A stretch of DNA of 64,000 nucleotides from a virus, in the IMG/VR virus record IMGVR_UViG_2786546475_000019, positions 974 through 64,973 of that record. One strand, given 5' to 3'. Below, one piece after another: positions 39,305 through 49,341 of this stretch. Within the stretch, counting starts at the first letter, position 1. Every line of letters begins with the position of its first letter. Made by a program: the position numbers and the translations under genes. The notes beneath the pieces are model-generated. The model was not told the DNA's origin, ran no database searches, and saw only the letters and a list, made by a program, of their open reading frames with translations.

Positions 39305-39682
39305 CTAAATAATATCACTTTTACCATCCGGTTTCTCCGTATTTGATAACAATATTGCAGTCCGCGTAACGCCGCCTATGGTCCACGTATTAGGGAGTAG
39401 CTCAATAAGCTCCTCTGCAATCTCTTGCATCTCCTCTTTATCAATGCTATTTGAAGTTACAAGAATATCAACGCCATGGTCGTAGACCATGTTTCGCCCG
39501 CAGAATGAACAGTTTTCGGCCATATAAGCGTAGACTATTTGGAAAGGAGAAAGATCTTCAACAGTGATATAAACGTTGTAGGTGTCAATACTGATACTCA
39601 AAGATTGAGCATCTTCAATATCAGACAATGCTTCACGTAACTTGCCTGCCGTTAAAGTCTTATCTTCTAGTTTCATCTTCAT
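39305..39682 (-). CDS. hypothetical protein
   Basis: 125 aa. Confidence 0.35.
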   Translation of the reverse strand: MKMKLEDKTLTAGKLREALSDIEDAQSLSISIDTYNVYITVEDLSPFQIVYAYMAENCSFCGRNMVYDHGVDILVTSNSIDKEEMQEIAEELIELLPNTWTIGGVTRTAILLSNTEKPDGKSDII

Positions 39683-40206
39683 AGGTCCCCGTCCTTTCGG
39701 TTGTTTGATTCTTCGACGGTAAAACCTTTCTTGTACCGTCCTTCAAGTTTGTTTCGATTCATTTGTAGCACTTCTTCAAGTGTTGAGCCAATTGTTTGAG
39801 CGGCTTCCCGTATGTAGCCTATTAAAAGGCCATGACACCGTTTCACAAGTTCTCGGTCAAAAGGCAGACCTTGATAAAAGACTTTCTTTTTATGTTCTGC
39901 CAATGTTTCGAGGGTTTCTAAAATGCTGTCCCCACTATCTACCCATATCTCGAACGGCTCAATATCAATTGACGCCGCAAGCAGCAAAACGTAGAACAAC
40001 ATATCGCCAAGCTCAAGTTTAATATGTCGAGCGTCGTCCGTGTTCCTCGTTTCAAAGAACTCAGCCACGATCCCATCAACAGCAGTCGCGAATCGCGGAA
40101 CGTCGACCTCTTTATGAAGGTTCCTTTGAGCTTCAAAATACTCGTGAAGATCGCTTGATTGAGGTGATAATTTTTCGTTAATAAAGTTAAGATGTTCTTT
40201 AAACAT
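39679..40206 (-). CDS. mazG: MazG-like nucleoside triphosphate pyrophosphohydrolase
   Basis: KLELGDMLFYVLLLAASIDIEP and NRNKLEGRY match the all-alpha NTP-PPase signature. Confidence 0.6.
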   Translation of the reverse strand: MFKEHLNFINEKLSPQSSDLHEYFEAQRNLHKEVDVPRFATAVDGIVAEFFETRNTDDARHIKLELGDMLFYVLLLAASIDIEPFEIWVDSGDSILETLETLAEHKKKVFYQGLPFDRELVKRCHGLLIGYIREAAQTIGSTLEEVLQMNRNKLEGRYKKGFTVEESNNRKDGDL

Positions 40207-40422
40207 TGTTTCTCCTTTAGGCAGAACCTAAACCTTTCCCACAAATGGCACACTCAATAGTATCATACAACCAGCCCGGAATGATAATTACAAGCCGTTT
40301 CTTGTACTTAGGGCCGCAGCATTCCTTTCTTGATTTAATTTGTTTAACTTCCTTGTTGGTAGCCTCTCGAACTTTCGATGATAGGACGTGTCCTGCGAAA
40401 CGTTCCGTAACTATTTCGACTT

Positions 40423-40710
40423 TCATTCTTGCTCCCCGAGTGCGAAGCCAAGCTCTTGGTACCGGCTAACACGTTCTTCTGCGGATCCACCACTGAAAAC
40501 TACTCTATTTTCTGTCTTGAAAATACTGCCGGTCCAAGTAAGATTTTCAATCTTAACTGTTACTTCTTCGTCTAACTCAAGCAACAAACCTTCAAAAGGT
40601 TGAAACGGTAGCTCATACAGCAAACTTAAACTCCCATGATACTTACTCACATACCTTCCGTTAAGGTCCTTATTCTCTTGTAAGTGAACTTTAATTAGAA
40701 TATGATACAT
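40423..40710 (-). CDS. hypothetical protein
   Basis: 95 aa. Confidence 0.35.
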   Translation of the reverse strand: MYHILIKVHLQENKDLNGRYVSKYHGSLSLLYELPFQPFEGLLLELDEEVTVKIENLTWTGSIFKTENRVVFSGGSAEERVSRYQELGFALGEQE

Positions 40711-41024
40711 TACTTCTGCTCCTCGAAATGCTTAGATGGAAAACGATGCCAGCCAAATAATAACCGCTCCATGTTCCGTGGTTCGTCGATCTCAGCAACC
40801 GGACGAGCACCACCGACCGTGGTGAACTGGACGTACATACACTTCTTACGCTTATACCCAATACACAGATGGCCTTTCAACCGTTTGATAGGTCCACGGT
40901 ACATGTAGTATTTGGTGCGACTGAGCCGCCGGAACCGTTTCGTTAACCTTTCCATGACTGTTCCCAAGCGTGCAACGCTTTGAGCAAGTTCCTCAGTTGA
41001 ACAACTTAAAAGGTTATTTATCAT
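40710..41024 (-). CDS. hypothetical protein
   Basis: 104 aa. Confidence 0.35.
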   Translation of the reverse strand: MINNLLSCSTEELAQSVARLGTVMERLTKRFRRLSRTKYYMYRGPIKRLKGHLCIGYKRKKCMYVQFTTVGGARPVAEIDEPRNMERLLFGWHRFPSKHFEEQK

Positions 41025-41377
41025 TTGTTAAACTCCTCAATATATTTTATCAACTCAGGTGTCGGTTCTGCAACAATAATCGGTAACATTAGTCCGATCT
41101 CACTGATACTTCGAGCCAACGTTTCAACATAATCTTGAGGTGCGACCCGTATAGGGTTTGGTGTTAGCTCGATATCTTCAATTTTCAAAACTTTTTGAGT
41201 CCGATTATCCGGCCCACGAACCACGTAACATTTGATAGAGTCGTACCCTACCAACTTACACGCTTCCAATCTTGCGTTGCCGCCAAGGACCACGTACTTT
41301 TTCTTAAGTTTGAAGCCTGGAGTCGAAAGCACACAAGCCGCAGCTCCGAGGGCCGCCATAAATTCTCTACGTTCCAT
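41021..41377 (-). CDS. hypothetical protein with ParB-like GxxR and (P)NP boxes in inverted order and an RR-containing N-terminus
   Basis: VVLGGNARLEACKLVG and ELTPNPIRV. N-terminal MERREFMAALGAAACVLS resembles a twin-arginine signal. Confidence 0.3.
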   Translation of the reverse strand: MERREFMAALGAAACVLSTPGFKLKKKYVVLGGNARLEACKLVGYDSIKCYVVRGPDNRTQKVLKIEDIELTPNPIRVAPQDYVETLARSISEIGLMLPIIVAEPTPELIKYIEEFNK

Positions 41378-41563
41378 TTTTCTTCCAAATAAATACTGTA
41401 TATTTGTCCGGGTCCGTCACGTACGAAGCGAACCCTTTCTCAATCGCCTCTTTCTCTCGCTTTTTCTTCCCAGCATACTCGCCGAAAGCGTAACAAATGA
41501 ATCCGACTGCGGAAACAAGGCAAACGGCTGACGCAATCAACGGTGGAATAATCCTAGGGTCTA

Positions 41564-42001
41564 TCATTTGTTAACCTCACAAGTGAACCGGATACCGTTT
41601 GGAGCACAAAGATCTCGCAACTCAGCGAGGGTTGTATCCTCCCTAATAGATAATCCATTCCCACCCGCATCGTGAACCGCCTTCGTGAGCGAGTCCATGA
41701 ACTCTCGCTCGGGGTCCGGCTTGACTCGGAGGATGTAGAAATCCTCTGGTGAAAAAGGAGCACGCGAAATCATATCGCTCCAGTTTCGCCAACCATGTGG
41801 TTTGATTTTGACTTCAAGATTACCTTGAAGGTACGCTGCCCACAACTCTTTTTGTTCAGGCGGTATCACTCGGTAACGATTTGCTGACCAATCAGGGGGA
41901 CAAACGAGGGTCCAATCTTGCCCATCGAGTGATGACCATACCTTAACATCTTGATGGTCGGCCCACATCTTTATGTAGTCAGCGTGTCTGTGTCTAGCCA
42001 T
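41564..42001 (-). CDS. hypothetical protein, paralog of the 45794..46369 product
   Basis: N-terminal ~80 aa (MARHRHADYIKMWADHQDVKVW...IPPEQKELWAAYLQGNLEV) align with MMKHKHADEIIKWALNQEAEVW...ILPEYKEAWSVYLDGELEY. Confidence 0.45.
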   Translation of the reverse strand: MARHRHADYIKMWADHQDVKVWSSLDGQDWTLVCPPDWSANRYRVIPPEQKELWAAYLQGNLEVKIKPHGWRNWSDMISRAPFSPEDFYILRVKPDPEREFMDSLTKAVHDAGGNGLSIREDTTLAELRDLCAPNGIRFTCEVNK

Positions 42002-42082
42002 TTTTCCAATTCTCCCACTCTTGATAACATTTGGTCATGAACGGTTGGAACTGTTCCAACGCTCTTTGTTCTTCAATGGATA

Positions 42083-42991
42083 TCATAACATCAACTCCCG
42101 CTCGAAACCAGCTGCATTTTCGTGCCCGCCACCATTGTAGAACTCGGCCACGGTTCTTGCTTTAATGTAACACTCTGCCGTAGACCGGATGCTGTACCGG
42201 TATTTCTTGGCAACGCCATCGTAGAACCAAGACATTGCTGGTTTACCAGTAAGGTTGCAAATCTCATGAAGCAAGTCACTGATAATATCTCCGTGAGTGT
42301 TGTTAAGACACGGAAGGAATCCAAATGGAGTCACGACTCCTGTGAGAATAGCCCCGTCCTCACCTACTGTTCTTTTTAGAATCCCTTTGATTTTATGGGC
42401 CAAATACTCATTGATAACTTTACCTTTATCGATAAGCTCAGAAATATCAAGCTCGGCCCATACTCCAAAATTCCAGTCCGTGGCCCGAAGGGCACGGTCC
42501 ACGTTAATGGTTGCGGGGTATTTCCAATTCCAAAGATCACGATCTTCGGTATATTGAACGAGAGCTTCAACATTCCCGCTCCCCATGGAACAGTTCATAA
42601 ACTCCCAAGTAAGTCTAGCCCCGGACTTCTCCATATTCAACTTGATAAACAACTTATGTTTCTGGATGATAGTTTCTTGCCCACTCTCTTGGATATCGTA
42701 ACCTGTCGCTTCTTTAGCTTGAGTTATCAATTTCTCAACCGCAGATTTATGGTGATCTAAGACCACAACCTGATCAAAATTCCGAGCGTATTGTTCCAGC
42801 ACTTCCAAGTCATAGCTGAAATCAACAATATACAGCTGGTTGCCTTGTGCTTCTGGAGCAGGTTGCCCGTAATGCACTGGAAGGTATTCAGTGAAATCTT
42901 CCCCATGTTTCATCCAAAGAACATAGGCTGAGCAGAATCCATCCAAACAACTGGCATGGTAAATGATAGTTACGTCTTGAGTGTTAGGCAT
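42083..42991 (-). CDS. DHH-DHHA1 phosphoesterase (NrnA/RecJ-like)
   Basis: DHH motifs IYHASCLDGFCSA and VVVLDHHKS. DHHA1 motif GGGHENAAGF. Confidence 0.65.
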   Translation of the reverse strand: MPNTQDVTIIYHASCLDGFCSAYVLWMKHGEDFTEYLPVHYGQPAPEAQGNQLYIVDFSYDLEVLEQYARNFDQVVVLDHHKSAVEKLITQAKEATGYDIQESGQETIIQKHKLFIKLNMEKSGARLTWEFMNCSMGSGNVEALVQYTEDRDLWNWKYPATINVDRALRATDWNFGVWAELDISELIDKGKVINEYLAHKIKGILKRTVGEDGAILTGVVTPFGFLPCLNNTHGDIISDLLHEICNLTGKPAMSWFYDGVAKKYRYSIRSTAECYIKARTVAEFYNGGGHENAAGFERELML

Positions 42992-43442
42992 TTGTTACTA
43001 CTTTCACGTTAGGTTTAAGAATATTTCTCCAAGCTTCGGGAACACGTCCCGCGTGCCAAACATTGTTACAAATGTAACAAATATCATCTCCTTCGAAACG
43101 AAGGACTCGGCCTCCGAAACCAAGAAAGTGGTCCGTGCCCCACTCCATTGGTACATAGTAAGCGTGATAATTTTGATCGACTATCACTTGGGCCATTCGG
43201 TCGTACCAAAAGTTACAACTGAAACAGAGCTTACGGGTCCTCATATCATCTTTGCAACTGTACGTCAAAGAGATGCACTTGCCGCACTTACAACAAGGCT
43301 CTTCTAAGATATTTTGGTTCCCCCGAAGCTTTTCCTCAGTATCAAAGCCGCCAACTCGTGAACTTTGGAAAGAGGGCGGCTCAATGGATTCAACAATTTT
43401 ACCGTCGACTAGCCAGAATGTAGCCACTTTAAGAGAGTTCAT
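42984..43442 (-). CDS. Cys/His-rich protein (possible HNH-like or zinc-finger protein)
   Basis: CCKCGKC, CFSCNFW, CYICNNVWH. Confidence 0.35.
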   Translation of the reverse strand: MNSLKVATFWLVDGKIVESIEPPSFQSSRVGGFDTEEKLRGNQNILEEPCCKCGKCISLTYSCKDDMRTRKLCFSCNFWYDRMAQVIVDQNYHAYYVPMEWGTDHFLGFGGRVLRFEGDDICYICNNVWHAGRVPEAWRNILKPNVKVVTNA

Positions 43443-43689
43443 CGCTTTTTCTTTCTTTTTGGAGGTTTAGTAGCTTTCTTTGCTTCCGTTACTAAAACGA
43501 AAGCATAAATTTGCACCACTTCATCTGGAGTATGGGGACCTGTAGTGCTTTTATCAGGGTGACGTAACCTGTAATCTGGAAGCAGTTTGTACTTCCGCTT
43601 ACGCAACCCTTTCAAAGCTTTGTGCAACGGTGAATTTTTGATAGTTCCGGTTACTTTTCCAGGGTCTCCGACGTAGTTTACTTTAACTT

Positions 43690-43911
43690 TCATCGTATTT
43701 CAATCTCTCCCATCATAAGAAGTTCTTCTAGCCCAAACACTTCATCTTCCCCACAACTGGTACAGTGATAGTTTCGAGCGTCTGGCTCACAATAATCATC
43801 CGCAGGCTCCTCGCACTTGCGACAGAAACCGTGTCCGCCTTCCATAGACATCTCAGTGTATTCAGTTTCAGTTAATTCAATCATAGCTTTCCTTTCAAAT
43901 GAAGTAGCCAT
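43690..43911 (-). CDS. small zinc-ribbon protein
   Basis: CRKCEE...CTSCGED. Confidence 0.3.
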   Translation of the reverse strand: MATSFERKAMIELTETEYTEMSMEGGHGFCRKCEEPADDYCEPDARNYHCTSCGEDEVFGLEELLMMGEIEIR

Positions 43912-44387
43912 TCCGGCTCAGTAGTTCCAACGTATCCCATACCTTTGCCAAGAATCTTGTCTTGATAATAATACCATCGGTATGAGAAGATACAGTCTTC
44001 GAAATCTCCGGCCAAGCCTTTATAATATCCAGGCATAGCCAAGTTTGGAGGAGTAAGAGGGCCACGTCGTATGTAACACGGAGATTGATAAAGATACCCA
44101 ACCCGGTTCCATACTTCATGTAAAGCTAACCCTCTCTTATCCCGCTCCTTCAACAACGCTATCATATGCTTCAAAGTCCATTGATAATTTGAATCAGTGG
44201 AACGAACCCATTGAGTTGACGGGTGATTTGCGAAGCATGGTTTACACATTCCTTGACGCCAAAGTCCAACTTCGTCATGTGCCGTTGATAACATTTGGGC
44301 ACACTCAATCGGCATTTTTGTTAAATGGTCCGTGGCCATGTAGCTAGCTGCAAGGACCGGGTCCATATCAAGGAAGAAAACATTCAC
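43881..44387 (-). CDS. hypothetical protein (apparent GTG start)
   Basis: 168 aa. The first codon on the minus strand is GTG. Confidence 0.4.
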   Translation of the reverse strand: MNVFFLDMDPVLAASYMATDHLTKMPIECAQMLSTAHDEVGLWRQGMCKPCFANHPSTQWVRSTDSNYQWTLKHMIALLKERDKRGLALHEVWNRVGYLYQSPCYIRRGPLTPPNLAMPGYYKGLAGDFEDCIFSYRWYYYQDKILGKGMGYVGTTEPEWLLHLKGKL

Positions 44388-44770
44388 GCCCCAAGTCCAA
44401 GCGATTTGATGGAAGCCCTTTTGAGTGCTGTCAAGGTAACAACACGTCCAAGTAGCTTGGAAAGTGTTTCTTCGAAGTTATCAAGTTGCTCCGATAATTT
44501 GTATTCGAAGCCGTTCAAAAGTATCACTTCTTCCAAGTTCTCAGAAACCCAAGAATTTAAGTCTTGGTCTTTCACAAGATACTTACCGTCTTGAATCGTT
44601 AACTTGCCATTGATAGTTGGGCCTTTCAATTCGTCTCGCCAAATTTTCACGTTTTCAGGAGCGGTTATGTTAATTGAAGCAGCTCCTGATCCTGCATCAA
44701 AGATTGTTACCCGAACGTCGTTCCCAATTGTAAATGATTGCGACGCCCAGCGTTTAAGAGTTAACGCCAT
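44384..44770 (-). CDS. hypothetical protein
   Basis: 128 aa. Confidence 0.35.
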   Translation of the reverse strand: MALTLKRWASQSFTIGNDVRVTIFDAGSGAASINITAPENVKIWRDELKGPTINGKLTIQDGKYLVKDQDLNSWVSENLEEVILLNGFEYKLSEQLDNFEETLSKLLGRVVTLTALKRASIKSLGLGA

Positions 44771-44790
44771 GATAAGCTCCTAGTATTTCC

Positions 44791-45816
44791 TTAAAGTGTG
44801 ACTGTGAATGTTTCCGAAGCCCGTGTGACTGCCGTATATCGCCAACGGACCGGGCTCCAAAGGTCGCATTGTTCATCTACAATATGAACGTGCTCCCACT
44901 CAGAACCTTGTGATTTGTGTGTTGTAATAGCGTAAGCGTGATCAATTGCAAGCAGCCCTTTTGGAAAGGCATCATACAAATCACGCTGGTTCATGGACCG
45001 TCCAATCGAATCCAAGCCTACGTCGCTAATTGTATCATCTTCAAAAGTGACGTTAGCTACCATATCGTCATGCCATTTGTTCACTTTTCGAATGACCTTA
45101 ACCATTCCGTTGTAGAATGGTGGGTCATTTTTCAAAATGATAATTGGCCGCCCTGGAATCAAAGGGTTTGAAGGGTTGTCGTGGAGTTCCCGATTCAAAG
45201 AGTGACGAGTTTTATTAAACCCGCACAAAATGATCTTATCACCGGGCGTGGACCTGTACCATGATACAGGGTCCGTGTCCGCTACGAAACGATCTGAATA
45301 TTTGCCCGACGCTCGAACATACATGGACTCCTGAATGATAGGGTTGTCTGCTGCTTGCCGATGAATCGTGGACAACTCTACATCAAGGTCAAGCATCAAA
45401 TTTGGATTCTTACCGACTGGCTCCAACTGTCCATGATCTCCGGTGAGTATCACTTTCATGTTGTAACTCAGAAGGTCTTCCCAAAGCCGTTGATTCACGG
45501 TGCTTGCTTCGTCAATGTAGAAGTAAGTCCCAAGAATATCTTTCTTTGGCTTCTTGAAGAATCTCATACTCTTTCTATCAAATCGATAGATTGTGCTATG
45601 AATTGTTTGAGCTTTCTTTACTCCTTTCTTACGCAACTGCTCAACGGCCTTACCCATAAAAGCACAAGGGACTCCTCCGGGTTTACGTCGCAATATCTCT
45701 TGGGCAATCGTAGTCTTCCCAGTACCGGCGTACCCGCCAATACGGAAGACTTGCTGACTGGAACTAAGAGCTGTGTTGATTACAGACTCTTGTTCAGGCG
45801 TTAGAATTATCATCAT
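44791..45816 (-). CDS. Dda/RecD-like SF1 DNA helicase
   Basis: Walker A GGYAGTGKT, Walker B FYIDEAS, later TGDHGQLEPV and TIHRQ motifs. Confidence 0.7.
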   Translation of the reverse strand: MMIILTPEQESVINTALSSSQQVFRIGGYAGTGKTTIAQEILRRKPGGVPCAFMGKAVEQLRKKGVKKAQTIHSTIYRFDRKSMRFFKKPKKDILGTYFYIDEASTVNQRLWEDLLSYNMKVILTGDHGQLEPVGKNPNLMLDLDVELSTIHRQAADNPIIQESMYVRASGKYSDRFVADTDPVSWYRSTPGDKIILCGFNKTRHSLNRELHDNPSNPLIPGRPIIILKNDPPFYNGMVKVIRKVNKWHDDMVANVTFEDDTISDVGLDSIGRSMNQRDLYDAFPKGLLAIDHAYAITTHKSQGSEWEHVHIVDEQCDLWSPVRWRYTAVTRASETFTVTL

Positions 45817-46369
45817 TGAACCTTTCTAGAAACTCAGGGGCACAGACCGTGGGTCGTGTGTCTTCGAAATCCGTAACACTCAGTGGGAGGCCGAAACCAA
45901 TTGCCCCGTCGAAAGGGTAGTATGCTGCAATGTAACTTTTAAGATAGCCGAACGTCTGTATCGGCTCCGACTTTCCCGCGTATCGATACCCATGTTTCAC
46001 GAAGCAATTGATAACATCAATGGCTTCTTGCGACGTGTTGCACTCGACTTGGAATCCTGACAACCAAACGTTCGCCTTACGTGCACGTCGGAAGTGTTCA
46101 GGTTTAGTCACTGAAAAGATCGGCGGCTCTTTGTCCGTCCACGGCCTCCACTGGTTGTCCAAGATTGAATAATACTCAAGCTCGCCGTCGAGGTACACCG
46201 ACCACGCCTCTTTATACTCAGGTAAGATGGTGCGGTATTCTTGGTCGAGAGCCCAGTTCGGGTTAACAGGAATAAAAGCCCAAGGGCTAGTAGACGTCCT
46301 AGTCCAAACTTCTGCTTCTTGGTTCAGGGCCCATTTGATAATTTCGTCTGCATGTTTGTGTTTCATCAC
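45794..46369 (-). CDS. hypothetical protein, paralog of the 41564..42001 product
   Basis: See 41564..42001. Confidence 0.45.
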   Translation of the reverse strand: MMKHKHADEIIKWALNQEAEVWTRTSTSPWAFIPVNPNWALDQEYRTILPEYKEAWSVYLDGELEYYSILDNQWRPWTDKEPPIFSVTKPEHFRRARKANVWLSGFQVECNTSQEAIDVINCFVKHGYRYAGKSEPIQTFGYLKSYIAAYYPFDGAIGFGLPLSVTDFEDTRPTVCAPEFLERFNDDNSNA

Positions 46370-46998
46370 TCAACTCCTCCAAATAAATTGTCTTGACACG
46401 TTTGACACAAGCCACTGATTTGATATTCGCGGATACTGGCTTCGTCTTCGAAATTGTCAGCAATGTTCCCACACCCAATGGGGCTTGGCACACATTGAGC
46501 TTGTTTGATACAACGCCTACGGTCCTTGCCCAACTGTTTAGTTAAAGCTGCTTCAATTGCTTCGTCTTTAACGGTAGGCGTATACCGTTTGATAAACTTT
46601 TCGACTTTCTCCAAGTTATCACGCCATTCAAAATTTCCTAAATACCAAAACGTATTTTTAGGGCAATCTTCTGTCCCGTAAAATGCCCACAATCCTTCTA
46701 GTCGCCCGGAACGACATTGATCAATAGCGTTTTCAAAAGCGTTCAAATCATCAAAGTCAAAGTCCAAGAACTTAGCCCTTGACTCACAGTCCCAAATTAC
46801 GGAAGTGGTTAACCGCTTCTCCGCTATTTTTTGGATAGTACAGGTCGCGGCACAGCCTATACAAATGCCTTCTCGTTGAGCACCCCAAGACCCCATATAC
46901 ACTTCAAAGTCCGGGGCTTTATCAAATTCTTTTAGCGAGTCAACCATGACTTGCAACGCGTCGATTGGAGTGGGGACTATTTCTTTGATACTTTTCAT
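46366..46998 (-). CDS. hypothetical Cys-rich protein
   Basis: 210 aa. Confidence 0.4.
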   Translation of the reverse strand: MKSIKEIVPTPIDALQVMVDSLKEFDKAPDFEVYMGSWGAQREGICIGCAATCTIQKIAEKRLTTSVIWDCESRAKFLDFDFDDLNAFENAIDQCRSGRLEGLWAFYGTEDCPKNTFWYLGNFEWRDNLEKVEKFIKRYTPTVKDEAIEAALTKQLGKDRRRCIKQAQCVPSPIGCGNIADNFEDEASIREYQISGLCQTCQDNLFGGVE

Positions 46999-47606
46999 AA
47001 TGATAATGCCTTAATGATAAGGGACGCTCGGATAGTTTCTGCTTCAATTTGAGCTTTTTTAAGCTCTTTCTCGTAGGTTCGCTTGGTCCGGGACCCTAGC
47101 CCCTGTTCCAAGTCCCAATAACGAGGGGTTACGTACTCCATTACAGACGTGGCAAATTGGCTTTCAGCTTCACACTCTAAAGCAATTTGTGCTTGGTCGC
47201 CTTGAGCCGAGTAGCCTAAGTATAAAAAGTCTTCTTTAGCCGCCCGGAAAGCAGCGACTCGTATGCACATTTTCATCGCATTGATAATATGAGACTGTTC
47301 CATATCCTCAATGTTAATGCTTTTGCCTCCTTTCATAATCCAGGTCGGTTTACGTAAATACTTGGAAGCGTGAGCACTTTTCACTGTGGAGCGTACTCGA
47401 CTGTTCCAAATCTCTAAATACGTCTTTTGAAGGTAACCCGCTTTTCGAAGTTTTTCCTCAAGCTGGCGAAGCTTTTTATCAATGTGACGATGTTTTGTAG
47501 CTCGTCTGGAGTCATCACTATGTTCGTAAGTTACGTCAAAAGTGTTGAGTAACTCTTTGTACTCCTCTAAACTCATGATATCTCCTTTTGGTTGTACCTG
47601 GCCCAT
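46995..47606 (-). CDS. hypothetical protein
   Basis: 203 aa. Confidence 0.4.
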   Translation of the reverse strand: MGQVQPKGDIMSLEEYKELLNTFDVTYEHSDDSRRATKHRHIDKKLRQLEEKLRKAGYLQKTYLEIWNSRVRSTVKSAHASKYLRKPTWIMKGGKSINIEDMEQSHIINAMKMCIRVAAFRAAKEDFLYLGYSAQGDQAQIALECEAESQFATSVMEYVTPRYWDLEQGLGSRTKRTYEKELKKAQIEAETIRASLIIKALSL

Positions 47607-47848
47607 ATTTTTTTCATTTTATCAACTGGAACATCTCCAATGAAAAGAAAACGAATGCTGAGAGATAATTGAATCATGTCCCACGAAACTTTCTCTCCAT
47701 CGTCGAACTCAATCATAGGCTCTAAAGACCCATGATCGTTAAGAAAAATACCGACATATGTGGCCCTCGTAACTTTATCAATGTCTCCATATTGATTGAA
47801 CCATGTGAACTTTTTATCACGTACCGCATCCACTTGGTGCGTGGCCAA
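47573..47848 (-). CDS. hypothetical protein
   Basis: 91 aa. Confidence 0.35.
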   Translation of the reverse strand: MATHQVDAVRDKKFTWFNQYGDIDKVTRATYVGIFLNDHGSLEPMIEFDDGEKVSWDMIQLSLSIRFLFIGDVPVDKMKKIWARYNQKEIS

Positions 47849-47992
47849 GAACTCGACTTCGGGTACTGTTTTAAGGTTCTTGAAAGGTACACCTGCGTGA
47901 CAAAGGGCTTTCTTCCCGTCAACAATGATAAAATCTCCTGTAAATGGAAGGTTACGAAAAATCCGTGATTTCAGTTATTGCGTATTTTTTCA

Positions 47993-48277
47993 TTACGAGT
48001 CTCCTAAAAAGAATTTATGGCTTATTTTATCATCAAGAATGTTTTCGACTTCTTCCCAAGTTGTAATTCCTTGGTATCCTCGTCCGTCGTACTCAAGAAC
48101 AACGTCTCCAAAGGTTAAGTCCCACGTGAACTCAAGCACGGCCCACACTCCATCTGCGTACTGGCACAGAAAAGAGCCTTGTTGCAAAGGACATTTTCCA
48201 TCAAGGAAAGAAGCGGCTTGCTCTGTAAAATCGGAGTCTTGGTTTTTAACAAAGTCAAGTAATGTATCAAAGTTCAT
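47993..48277 (-). CDS. hypothetical protein
   Basis: 94 aa. Confidence 0.35.
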   Translation of the reverse strand: MNFDTLLDFVKNQDSDFTEQAASFLDGKCPLQQGSFLCQYADGVWAVLEFTWDLTFGDVVLEYDGRGYQGITTWEEVENILDDKISHKFFLGDS

Positions 48278-48281
48278 TTTT

Positions 48282-48650
48282 TTATCCTTGTGGAAAATAA
48301 TGATTTAAAAAAGGTTCCAAGGCCCGGGCACAACGAGCACATGAGTGTTCCCAGTCCCCGTTATCACTTAACTCCCCGTGGCCTACTTGATACGTGCCGT
48401 TAGTATGGAGCGTCACTTGGCAACGTCCGCCACACTCAATACCGATACTCTTGTTGTGAGATTTGATAATCTCATCAGCGATCTCGTAACACGGAGCTTC
48501 AACAACAATGTACGTATCAGGGGCGTTGACCATTACTACTACTACTGCGTAAGATTTACGCCCCATTCCCCGCTCATTAACACCTAGCCGCCACTCCAGA
48601 GAGCAGGCTTTTTCTTGAAGAAAACGTAATCGTTTCAAAGCTCCATTCAT
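48282..48650 (-). CDS. hypothetical protein
   Basis: 122 aa. Confidence 0.35.
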   Translation of the reverse strand: MNGALKRLRFLQEKACSLEWRLGVNERGMGRKSYAVVVVMVNAPDTYIVVEAPCYEIADEIIKSHNKSIGIECGGRCQVTLHTNGTYQVGHGELSDNGDWEHSCARCARALEPFLNHYFPQG

Positions 48651-48910
48651 ACCACGCTCCTTGTTGCTTTAGTTTCATCTCCAAGGCCCACGACAGGAAC
48701 TATCAATTCCCCGTTTGGGACAGGGACCGTGACTTCTTCTGGCAATTCAAACCAGTAGTTATAGTGTCGTCCACAAGGGAATTCCACTTTGATAGCTACC
48801 TTAGCTACTGAATCCCTTGTACTTTCTTTGATTCCTTCTTGGGTAATCATTGTTAAACTTTCTGTAAAGTGAGTATAGTCCGTAAATAAACACTAATAAG
48901 TAAAGCATCC

Positions 48911-48944
48911 TGCTCCCCTTTGCTCCCCTTTGCTCCCCTTTGCT
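48911..48944. repeat. Three tandem 10-bp repeats (tgctcccctt) in an intergenic region
   Basis: Copies at 48911-48920, 48921-48930 and 48931-48940, plus a partial copy. Confidence 0.85.
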
Positions 48945-48951
48945 TCATTCG

Positions 48952-49341
48952 CTAGTTAAGACCTGGAAATGTACCCATGATACTTCCAAAGTGTTCCAAA
49001 CCCCCTAGCCCCAAGTAGTACCGCTCCACATCGATATCTAATAAATGATAGTGTGCGTTGTACAGCTCTAAATAATCTAAATATCGTTTGATAATTTCAG
49101 CTTGTGTCTCTCCTTTACAAAGAGACTCACGACTTATTGCATATACGTAACGATATATTCCCTTATTCTTAGGGACTGGGTTCTCCCATAAATGTTGTTG
49201 CACGTAATCTACGCCTAGAAGCACTAGGCTGTCAACGTACGTGCAAGTATCAGCGTCCATCTTATGTCCAATGATACTGAGATGTAGCTTTAGGTCCATC
49301 TCCAAAGCCCATGGACCTACTTGCTTTTGCCATTCGGTCAT
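48952..49341 (-). CDS. hypothetical protein
   Basis: 129 aa. Confidence 0.35.
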   Translation of the reverse strand: MTEWQKQVGPWALEMDLKLHLSIIGHKMDADTCTYVDSLVLLGVDYVQQHLWENPVPKNKGIYRYVYAISRESLCKGETQAEIIKRYLDYLELYNAHYHLLDIDVERYYLGLGGLEHFGSIMGTFPGLN

